Positions 7,744 to 14,719 of a stretch of DNA of 37,035 nucleotides are shown one piece after another (position 1 is the first letter of the stretch; the number at the start of each line of letters is the position of its first letter). The position numbers and the translations under genes are program-made. The stretch covers positions 1-37,035 of the forward strand of contig CAZEAD010000001.1 of NCBI GenBank assembly GCA_964510115.1, in the 5' to 3' direction. The notes beneath the pieces are model-generated. The model was not told where the DNA came from and made no database searches. It saw only the letters and a program-made list of their open reading frames with translations. This stretch comes from an uncultured Mycoplasma sp. (GTDB lineage: Bacteria > Bacillota_I > Bacilli_A > RF39 > UBA660).

Positions 7744-9651
7744 ATGTTTTTAAAAAAGAATAATGAAAGAATTAAACTAATATTTTATATTTTAAGCCTT
7801 TGTTTTTTAATAGTATTAATAAAAATCATCTATATTCAAACTATATCTTACAAAAAACTATCATTATTATCAGATGATCTATGGTCAAGAGAACTACCAA
7901 TAACCGCAGAAAGAGGAAAAATTCTAGATAGAAATGGCATCGTATTAGCAGATTCAATCACTACCACTACCCTAATCGTTATTCCCAATCAAATAAAAGA
8001 TAAAGAAAATACTGCAAAGATTCTTGCCCAATGTTTAAATACAGACTATAAAGATATGTTAAAACATGTTAAAAAAATAACCAGTATTGAAAGAATTCAT
8101 CCAGAAGGAAGAAGATTATCAAGTGATGTCGCAGACAAAATTAACTCCTACCATCTAGAAGGCGTTTACTTAGTAAAAGAATCACAAAGATACTACCCAA
8201 ATGAAGAATTACTATCCCACGTTCTAGGTTATGTAGGAATCGATAATCAAGGTTTATCAGGAATAGAACTACAATACAATGACTATTTAACTGGAGAAGA
8301 TGGTTCTATAAGATATTACAGTGATGCTAAAGGAAATCGTCTAGATTTAAATGAAATATATGAAGATTCAACAAGCGGAATGGATGTTCAATTAACAATC
8401 GATATCGAAATCCAACAATCAATCGAACGAGAACTAAATAACATAGTAAAAATGTTTTCACCAGATCATGCCCTAGCATTAGCAATGGATCCTAATACTG
8501 GAGAAATATTAGCCATGTCATCAAGACCAAACTTTAATCCAAATAATTACCAAAAATATAGTGTAGAAACCTTAAATAGAAACCTTCCAATTTGGATGAC
8601 TTATGAACCTGGATCAACATTTAAAATCATAACCACCGCCGCTGCAGTTGAAGAAGGCGTCGTAAACTTAGAAAAAGACCCCTTCTATGATTCAGGATCA
8701 GTAACAGTAAGTGGAGCTAAAATAAGATGTTGGAAACCAGGAGGACATGGTTCCCAAACTTTCCTCCAAGTATTTGAAAACTCCTGTAACCCCGGCTTTG
8801 TAGAAATGGGATTTAGACTTGGAAAAGAAAAACTATTCTCATATTTAGATTTGTTTGGATTTGGTAAAAAAACTGGAATAGATTTAAATGGTGAATCAGT
8901 AGGTATTCTATTCCCACTAGATAAAGTAAAAGATCTAGAACTAGCAACAACTGCTTTCGGTCAGGGAGTATCAGTTACCCCTATTCAACAAGTAACAGCA
9001 GTCTCATCAATCGTAAATGGTGGATATTTATATGAACCATATATTTTAAAAAACATCGTTGATACAAAAACCAATAATATAATTCTCAGCAATGAAAAAA
9101 ATCTTGTCAAAAAAACAATTACCAAAAATACCTCAAACATCTTAAGAATGGCTCTAGAAAGTGTTGTTTCAAATGGCGGAGGAAAAAAAACATACATAGA
9201 TGGTTATCGTGTTGGAGGAAAAACTGGAACAGCCCAAAAAGTAGAAAATGGAAGATATTTAGAAAACAACTACATCATGAGTTTTATGGCAGTATTACCA
9301 GCAAATGATCCTAAAGTAGTAGTTTATCTAGCAATCGATAATCCTAAAAAAACAGCACTTTTATCAAGCTACACCACTACTCCATTCGTAAGAAGAATTT
9401 TACAAGATATTATTACAATAATGGATATCCCAAAACAAGATAATCAAAAAGAAAAAGATTATGAATGGTATGATAAAAAATACTACGATGTCCCAAATGT
9501 CATTGGCATGACAAAAAAAGAAGCAAAAAAACTATTAACAAACTTTGAAATTGAATATGTTGGAGAAGGAAAAATAATAAAAGAACAAACCCCAATAGCA
9601 AATACTAGATATTATGAAACAGGAAAAATTAGACTTCTTATGGGTGATTAA
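7744..9651 (+). CDS. Class B penicillin-binding protein (PBP2B/FtsI/SpoVD-like) with one C-terminal PASTA domain
   Basis: SxxK (STFK), SxN (SCN) and KTG (KTGTA). PASTA domain VPNVIGMTKKEAKKLL..IKEQTP. The ORF-track start is GTG 7735. ATG 7744 sits 5 nt after AGGTGA and is preferred. Confidence 0.9.
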   Translation: MFLKKNNERIKLIFYILSLCFLIVLIKIIYIQTISYKKLSLLSDDLWSRELPITAERGKILDRNGIVLADSITTTTLIVIPNQIKDKENTAKILAQCLNTDYKDMLKHVKKITSIERIHPEGRRLSSDVADKINSYHLEGVYLVKESQRYYPNEELLSHVLGYVGIDNQGLSGIELQYNDYLTGEDGSIRYYSDAKGNRLDLNEIYEDSTSGMDVQLTIDIEIQQSIERELNNIVKMFSPDHALALAMDPNTGEILAMSSRPNFNPNNYQKYSVETLNRNLPIWMTYEPGSTFKIITTAAAVEEGVVNLEKDPFYDSGSVTVSGAKIRCWKPGGHGSQTFLQVFENSCNPGFVEMGFRLGKEKLFSYLDLFGFGKKTGIDLNGESVGILFPLDKVKDLELATTAFGQGVSVTPIQQVTAVSSIVNGGYLYEPYILKNIVDTKTNNIILSNEKNLVKKTITKNTSNILRMALESVVSNGGGKKTYIDGYRVGGKTGTAQKVENGRYLENNYIMSFMAVLPANDPKVVVYLAIDNPKKTALLSSYTTTPFVRRILQDIITIMDIPKQDNQKEKDYEWYDKKYYDVPNVIGMTKKEAKKLLTNFEIEYVGEGKIIKEQTPIANTRYYETGKIRLLMGD

Positions 9652-9660
9652 AACAAAAAA

Positions 9661-9700
9661 AGAAAACTAATAATAGAAACAAATTTATTATTAGTTTTCT
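9661..9700 (+). terminator. Hairpin terminator after the class B PBP gene
   Basis: Perfect 15-bp stem AGAAAACTAATAATA / TATTATTAGTTTTCT with a 10-nt loop. The stem is AT-rich and the U-tail is weak. Confidence 0.55.
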
Positions 9701-9774
9701 TATAATTTAAAATAAAAATATAGTCATAAAATAATAAAAAATAACATAAAATATCATAAATTAAAACCCATTCG

Positions 9775-9803
9775 TTGACAAAACACCATCAATAGTGTAA
9801 CAT
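9775..9803 (+). promoter_or_regulatory. Candidate promoter for tRNA-Cys
   Basis: Consensus TTGACA (9775-9780), 17-nt spacer, TAACAT (9798-9803), about 25 nt upstream of the tRNA 5' end. Confidence 0.45.
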
Positions 9804-9828
9804 TATTTAATGTAATAAACATTTTTTT

Positions 9829-9902
9829 GGGGCTATAGCCAAGTGGTAAGGCATGGGTCTGCAAAACCTTGAGCACCGGTTCAAATCCGGTTAGCCCCTC
9901 CA
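9829..9902 (+). tRNA. tRNA-Cys: tRNA-Cys (anticodon GCA), CCA encoded
   Basis: Acceptor stem GGGGCTA/TAGCCCC, anticodon loop CT-GCA-AA, T-arm GGTTCAAATCC, discriminator U73 (a Cys identity element), then CCA. Length 74 nt. Confidence 0.95.
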
Positions 9903-9948
9903 TTGGAAAATCTGTCCTAACTCTTATGAGTTTAGACTTCAATATATA

Positions 9949-9983
9949 AGTATCAATTTCTAGTTAGAAGTTGGTACTTTTTT
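9949..9983 (+). terminator. Rho-independent terminator after tRNA-Cys
   Basis: 12-bp stem AGTATCAATTTC / GAAGTTGGTACT (two G-U pairs), loop TAGTTA, then T5. Confidence 0.75.
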
Positions 9984-10011
9984 AATGCTTAAGTAAAAGG
10001 ATGGACTTTAA

Positions 10012-10350
10012 ATGATTAATATTACAGCAAAGGAATTAGAAATTGAAAGTAAATTAAAGAAAAAAAATAGAACTTATATGTAATTATTGTAATACCAAAC
10101 CTATTTTTATTAATGGTAATATTCATAATATTAGTAAATCAAACTTAACTTATATTGAACCTAATAAAATAATCATTAAAGATAGACATTTTCAATATTT
10201 AACTATTCTAATGACATATTTATCAAAAATTTATCTAATAAGATAAAACTATCAGAACTATTAGAAAAATCGTCTTTAAACAAATTATTCAAAATAATAA
10301 AAGTTGTAATAGAACTGCTGACTTTGAAAGACAATTATGCTAAAATGTAA
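10012..10350 (+). pseudogene. Possible multi-frameshift remnant of an unknown gene
   Basis: ATG 10012 with AAAGGA upstream opens a 23-codon ORF that runs through an A8 tract (10060-10067). The +1 frame then stays open for about 60 codons (IELICNYCNTKPIFINGNIHNISKSNLTYIEPNKIIIKDRHFQYL..) to 10246. The original frame reopens at 10186 and runs to 10350 (..LSELLEKSSLNKLFKIIKVVIELLTLKDNYAKM) without its own start codon. Confidence 0.3.
10318..10346 (+). promoter_or_regulatory. Candidate promoter for the 10371-11051 gene pair
   Basis: CTGACT (10318-10323), 17 nt, TAAAAT (10341-10346). GGGAGG RBS at about 10355 and ATG 10371 follow. Confidence 0.4.
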
Positions 10351-10370
10351 TACAAGGGAGGTTTATAAAA

Positions 10371-10640
10371 ATGACAAGCGAAATTACAAAAAGATATGAA
10401 AATTATAAAAAATATAGAAATATTATTCTAGATTATGATGAAATATTATTATTTTATCCAGACTATTTTAAAACAAAAACCGAATTAGGCCAATTAAATT
10501 TTATTTCTAAAGAAGAGGCTGATGAATATTTTGAAAATCATTATAAAAATTCAGAATTATATAAAAAGTTAACTTCTCTAGCAATGACTAAAGATGAAAT
10601 TTATAACTTTATGAAACATAATATGGAACTTAAATATTAA
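10371..10640 (+). CDS. Hypothetical 89-aa cytoplasmic protein, no recognisable family
   Basis: Strong GGGAGG RBS 10 nt upstream. The ORF is long for this AT-rich background. Acidic/aromatic helical-looking composition. Confidence 0.6.
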   Translation: MTSEITKRYENYKKYRNIILDYDEILLFYPDYFKTKTELGQLNFISKEEADEYFENHYKNSELYKKLTSLAMTKDEIYNFMKHNMELKY

Positions 10641-10652
10641 CAATTAAGTTTA

Positions 10653-11051
10653 ATGTTTAAAAAAACAAATGCTGCTGCTATTCAACTTTGCAAACTAATT
10701 GATTACATAGGGCATTATCCAACAACATGGCCTGTGCCAAAAGAGGAAGAGAAGAATCCTGAAATGGAAGAACTACTTGAAAAATATGATATTATAATTA
10801 GATATCATTTAAATGACGAACTTGACAAAATGCAAATTACTTCTGATGATGTTGTAAGGATAATTGAAACATTAAAAATACGAATGGAATATGTTAATTC
10901 AATAATTAGAATAACTTATAATAACGATTGGCTATTCACAAAAAAAGGAACAGATGAAGAAAATAAAAAGTTCTTTGATCAAGTTATAGAAGATCTTAAT
11001 TGGTTCCCATTATCTTGCTATCAAGAAAAAGATAAATCAAAAATTGAATAA
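10653..11051 (+). CDS. Hypothetical 132-aa cytoplasmic protein, no recognisable family
   Basis: Starts 12 nt after the previous stop with no obvious SD, so probably coupled. No signal peptide or TM helix. Confidence 0.55.
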   Translation: MFKKTNAAAIQLCKLIDYIGHYPTTWPVPKEEEKNPEMEELLEKYDIIIRYHLNDELDKMQITSDDVVRIIETLKIRMEYVNSIIRITYNNDWLFTKKGTDEENKKFFDQVIEDLNWFPLSCYQEKDKSKIE

Positions 11052-11094
11052 GGAAAAATGTATTTAAGAAGTCAACATGGAAAAAATATTATTT

Positions 11095-11126
11095 AAAATA
11101 AGTAGCAAAGTTGCTACTTTTCTATT
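11095..11126. terminator. Bidirectional hairpin between convergent genes
   Basis: Palindrome AGTAGCAA-AG-TTGCTACT (11101-11118), flanked by an A-rich 5' side and a T-rich 3' side. Confidence 0.45.
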
Positions 11127-11173
11127 ATTTGTTAAAATATTATTAGATATTGCTACTCTAATAGTATTAAATC

Positions 11174-11467
11174 CTAATTAGTTAGAAAAGTTTGAAATAA
11201 CTTAACCAAATCTTGTTTTCTTTCCTGTACCAAATCTCTAAATATTCCAGTAACAAAAATATGGGTATTATAATACTTCAAATCATACTTCAATTTAATT
11301 TTTTCAAAATAATCACATAATTCTTTTAAATTACTTTCACTAATTCCCTTAAAAGGATCAAAATTATTTTTAAAATAAATAGAATGTTCTTCTATAAGTT
11401 TCAACTCATCTTTATAACAATAAACTTTTATTGTTGATGAACCAAGATCAATATAAAAATTATTCAT
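11174..11467 (-). CDS. 97-aa ASKHA (Ppx/GppA-like) N-terminal fragment, possibly a truncated gene
   Basis: Phosphate-1-like motif YIDLGSSTIKVY and a later HIFVTGIFRDL stretch resemble domain I of Ppx/GppA-type sugar-kinase-fold phosphatases, which are normally about 300 aa. AGGAG RBS 8 nt upstream. Ends at TAG with only about 120 nt before the next gene. Confidence 0.45.
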   Translation of the reverse strand: MNNFYIDLGSSTIKVYCYKDELKLIEEHSIYFKNNFDPFKGISESNLKELCDYFEKIKLKYDLKYYNTHIFVTGIFRDLVQERKQDLVKLFQTFLTN

Positions 11468-11683
11468 AGTATCAACTCCTAAATATTATTTTATCACAAA
11501 AACAAAGTTTTTTAAGAAATTTAAAAAAGTTGTATTAAAATATTATTAACGAAAAACTTAATAATCCCAACATAAATTTCAATAAAAATATACAAAATTT
11601 ATAATTAAAAACAACCATCAAAGTTCACCAAACAAAAAAGTAGTTTATTAAAAATCAATATACTACTTTTTTAATCATTATAT

Positions 11684-12205
11684 TTATACTCTTTTTCTTA
11701 TCGTACTTATAACAGAATTATTAATAGAATACCAACAATCATCAGTTAAAATTCTAAAAGGACACTCATCAACATAATTATAAATACCATTTTTTTGACA
11801 ATTATGAGGACATAAATCATCACAATAAGAACATCCATAATAATCTAAATAATCCAAAGGACAACCATCCAAAGTAGATAATTTTGGTAAATCTCCTGCT
11901 AAAAAGTCCTCATAAGAAACCATCTCCGCACAAGATTCATCACTTTGATATGGATTAGCAAGAGTAACAAACTTAACACTAGGAACAACATTTTTAGAAA
12001 AAAATAACTCCTTTTCAACCAAAACAAAATGATCATTTTTATAGTAACGATTATCATCTTCAAGAATCAAAGGTTCTAATTTATACCCAGAACCAAGACA
12101 TTCCATACAAAGAATAGCAACATCACTAAAAGAATCATATTTTATTCCAGTACCATTACAAGCTTCACAATTACACTTTACATTCTTTAAAAACTTAGTA
12201 CTCAT
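11684..12205 (-). CDS. Cys-rich 173-aa cytoplasmic protein with two DnaJ-type CxxCxGxG zinc-finger motifs
   Basis: CEACNGTG and CMECLGSG near the N-terminus. C-terminal Cys cluster GCPLDYLDYYGCSYCDDLCPHNCQ..ECPFRILTDDCW. GAGGGGG RBS 7 nt upstream. Confidence 0.7.
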   Translation of the reverse strand: MSTKFLKNVKCNCEACNGTGIKYDSFSDVAILCMECLGSGYKLEPLILEDDNRYYKNDHFVLVEKELFFSKNVVPSVKFVTLANPYQSDESCAEMVSYEDFLAGDLPKLSTLDGCPLDYLDYYGCSYCDDLCPHNCQKNGIYNYVDECPFRILTDDCWYSINNSVISTIRKRV

Positions 12206-12233
12206 TACAATACCCCCTCAATAAGTAAGCTAT

Positions 12234-12262
12234 ACTATAACACAAACAAAATAATTTCGCAA
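12234..12262 (-). promoter_or_regulatory. Sigma-A promoter (extended -10) for the Cys-rich gene
   Basis: Minus strand reads TTGCGA (12262-12257), 17 nt, TGT-TATAGT (-10 at 12239-12234). Confidence 0.6.
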
Positions 12263-12296
12263 CTAAAAGTTAAACTATCAAAAAACAATTACAAAC

Positions 12297-12323
12297 AAAA
12301 AAAAGAAGAAAAATCTTCTCTTT
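12297..12323 (-). terminator. Intrinsic terminator after the 795-aa scaffoldin-like gene
   Basis: Minus strand reads GAGAAGA-TTTT-TCTTCTT followed by a T8 run. The stem is short and AT-rich. Confidence 0.45.
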
Positions 12324-12332
12324 ATTTAATAA

Positions 12333-14708
12333 CTAATCATCATCACTATAAATGCTTGATCTGTCCTTAGTTTTAACTTTATCTTTTAATTTATTCAATT
12401 CTTCCTGTTTCAATAACATTTTTAACTTTTCAGGATTATTTGTATCAATACCTTCTTTAATAGCATCAATCAACTCATCCTTTGTCACAACATCATCATA
12501 AGGATCATAAGGAAGTTCAGCCTTAACTTCACCAATAATTTTTGGAGGTTCCTCTTGTTTAGCTATAGGCTTAACATCTTGATTCAAAACTGCATTTGGA
12601 TAAACAATATCATCATCAGTACCATTTTTAGATCCAAAATTAAACTCAGGTTTAAATTCAAACATAGGAGTTGCCGCTTGCTGTGTTCCTTGTGGAACAA
12701 TTGGAAGCTTTCTTCTATGAAGAAGAACAGCACTTGTAGCCACTAAACCAACAGTACCAGCCCCAATTACAGAAGCAGCTATAAACTCACCAACTGTCAT
12801 ACCAAAAATCGTACCACTTTTCTTTTCTACATTTAATTGATAAATACGAGTAAAACCATTTTCATCTGTTACCTTTATTAAAACAGCATTATTACCATTT
12901 TTTAAATTATTATTACCAGTAATTTCAACTTTAGCCTTCTCATTTTCTGGAGTAGCTACAATATCTATACTATCTACATTACTATCAACTTTAATATTAT
13001 AAGTATCAATATCCTTATCAAAACTGGGACTAATATTATGATCTTTAATAGTCAAAGATTTTAAAAGATTATTACTTGCTACCGCATCCTTATTTACATT
13101 CAAAGTATAAATACGAACACTACCATCTTCAGCAGTAACTTTAACTTGAACTGTAGAAACTTCTCCAACCTTAAAATTACCATTCCCTACTACTTCAACT
13201 TTAGCTTTTGAAGAAGAAGCAGCATAATCAATATCTAATAAATCCACTTCATATGGAATTTTAATATTATAATTACTTAAATCTTTATTAAAAGCTGGAT
13301 TTAACTCTACACCCTTTATATTTAAAGATTTAAGATAATTATCACCAGATTTTTTTACTACAGGATCAGTATTTGTCTTTGGAGCCTCTCTTGTAACATT
13401 AATAATATATATATTTTTAGTACCATTTTCTGCTTCTACTAAAACACTTACTTGATTTATTCCATATTCTAAAGACTTATTACCTGTTATTGTAACTTTT
13501 GACTTACTATCAGTTGGAATAGCTTTTACATCAAGAGATGTTACCTTCTCTCCAACAGAAATTGAATAAACATTTGTATTTTTATTAAATCCTGGTTTCA
13601 AAGTTTGTCCAGAAATACTAAGTGATTTCAAAGTAGCATCTCCACTAAGAACTGGAGTTTCTGTTTTTTCCTCTCTAGTAACTTTAATTGTATAAGTTTT
13701 CTTTGAACCATCTTCAGCTGTTACTACTACACTTACTGTATTCTCTCCAACCTTCAAGTTATCTGCTCCAGTAATAGCCACTGTAGCCTTACTATCATTC
13801 TTTATAGCATTTACAATTACCTCAGTAGCAGCATTTGGAACCTTTAAAGTATAATTAGTAACATCCTTATTAAAAGCTGGTGACAATGAATAACCATTTA
13901 CATTCAAACCACTTAACGTATTATCACTTGATTTAGGGACTTCTGTTGCTTGTCTCGTAACTTTAATTGTATAAGTTTTCTTTGAGCCATCCTCAGCTGT
14001 TACTACAACATTAACATTATTAACACCAACATTCAAATTTACATTACCAGTTCCTGTAATAGTAGCCTTTGTATCTTCCTTCGTAGCATTTACTGTAATA
14101 GAAGAAACATCATTTGGAACAGTCAAACTATAACTAGTAGTATTTTTATTAAACGCTGGAGTAATTGTCCTATCAACTACACTCAAACTAGTTAAAAAAG
14201 CATTATTCGATTTTCTTTCACCAATTGTTATTCTACCTTCACTTACAGTTCCAGTTAACTTATTAGGGATTGTATCAGATACCAATAAATTATTAATTGT
14301 TACTGCAGTAGTTCCAATCTTCTTTGTCTTAAAAGTAAAATTCATCAAATTTGTATTTGTCTTTATTCCAGTTCCAGAATAAACCCAAGCAAACTTTTTA
14401 GTTGATTCCATATAAGAAAAATTAATACCATTTGTAGCACTAGTCTGAGATACAAAATCCAAATAATCAGTATCAAATACTATATTTCCTCCAATAGAAG
14501 CAACACCATCTGTATCAGTGGTTGAAATGTTTGAAATCTTCATAGTGAAAACAACATTATCTCCCACTTGAACATTAGTCTTATTAGCAGTAAATCCAAC
14601 TGTAGCAGATCCAGCATTTGCTGCCTTAGCTTGAGGCAGCTGGAACACTAAAAATGAAAGACAAATCATTAATAGTATTCCAACCAAATTTTTACATTTC
14701 TTTTTCAT
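12333..14708 (-). CDS. Membrane-anchored scaffoldin-like surface protein: signal peptide, cohesin-like module, 5 cadherin-like modules, TM helix, cytoplasmic tail
   Basis: Signal peptide MKKKCKNLVGILLMICLSFLVFQLPQAKA. Domain motifs are listed in the sub-features. TM helix FIAASVIGAGTVGLVATSAVLL followed by HRRK (12718-12785). The tail is about 125 aa and acidic/Lys-rich. The ORF-track ATG 14720 contains the SD (ATGGAGGT), so ATG 14708 is preferred. The upstream gene's stop overlaps it (TAATG). Confidence 0.85.
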   Translation of the reverse strand: MKKKCKNLVGILLMICLSFLVFQLPQAKAANAGSATVGFTANKTNVQVGDNVVFTMKISNISTTDTDGVASIGGNIVFDTDYLDFVSQTSATNGINFSYMESTKKFAWVYSGTGIKTNTNLMNFTFKTKKIGTTAVTINNLLVSDTIPNKLTGTVSEGRITIGERKSNNAFLTSLSVVDRTITPAFNKNTTSYSLTVPNDVSSITVNATKEDTKATITGTGNVNLNVGVNNVNVVVTAEDGSKKTYTIKVTRQATEVPKSSDNTLSGLNVNGYSLSPAFNKDVTNYTLKVPNAATEVIVNAIKNDSKATVAITGADNLKVGENTVSVVVTAEDGSKKTYTIKVTREEKTETPVLSGDATLKSLSISGQTLKPGFNKNTNVYSISVGEKVTSLDVKAIPTDSKSKVTITGNKSLEYGINQVSVLVEAENGTKNIYIINVTREAPKTNTDPVVKKSGDNYLKSLNIKGVELNPAFNKDLSNYNIKIPYEVDLLDIDYAASSSKAKVEVVGNGNFKVGEVSTVQVKVTAEDGSVRIYTLNVNKDAVASNNLLKSLTIKDHNISPSFDKDIDTYNIKVDSNVDSIDIVATPENEKAKVEITGNNNLKNGNNAVLIKVTDENGFTRIYQLNVEKKSGTIFGMTVGEFIAASVIGAGTVGLVATSAVLLHRRKLPIVPQGTQQAATPMFEFKPEFNFGSKNGTDDDIVYPNAVLNQDVKPIAKQEEPPKIIGEVKAELPYDPYDDVVTKDELIDAIKEGIDTNNPEKLKMLLKQEELNKLKDKVKTKDRSSIYSDDD
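12822..14211 (-). repeat. Array of 5 cadherin-like beta-sandwich modules (about 88 aa each)
   Basis: Recurrent pattern L.SL.v.g..LsPaFnkd...Y.l.Vp..v..i.v.A...d.kA.v.itG...L..G.N.v.v.VtAedGs.ktYti.VtR. The VVVTAEDGSKKTYTIKVTR coding stretch recurs almost identically at about 13681 and 13961. Confidence 0.85.
14212..14609 (-). other. Cohesin-like module of the 795-aa protein
   Basis: SATVGFTANKTNVQVGDNVVFTMKISNI..GVASIGGNIVFDTDYLDFVSQ..MNFTFKTKKIGTTAVTI follows the cohesin pattern (v.v....v..Gd.v.v.v......g....i.yD...l.fv...f.fk....G...i). Confidence 0.55.
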
Positions 14709-14719
14709 ATAAACCTCCA

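Noticed and set aside
1181-8000. Other overlapping or antisense ORFs in the track: 1181-1468, 1795-1977, 4224-4463, 4866-5246, 6039-6221, 6175-6393, 6188-6388. Also 8985-9197, 12555-12746, 32418-32663 and 35594-35782 elsewhere in the window.
   Set aside because: Each is nested in or antisense to a confidently identified gene. Each has a low-complexity hydrophobic translation and no RBS.
9754-9942. 62-aa minus-strand ORF in the ORF track
   Set aside because: It lies antisense across the well-formed tRNA-Cys gene and has no RBS, so it is a shadow ORF.
11634-11672. Hairpin AAAAAAGTAGT-(17 nt)-ACTACTTTTTT downstream of the Cys-rich gene, considered as a terminator
   Set aside because: The stem is almost entirely A/T and the loop is large. 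It is plausible but too weak to list as a feature.
9903-12332. Integrated mobile element at tRNA-Cys
   Set aside because: I found no integrase, recombinase or excisionase ORF and no obvious direct repeat of the tRNA 3' end by eye. It is reported only as an accessory-looking islet and not called a mobile element.
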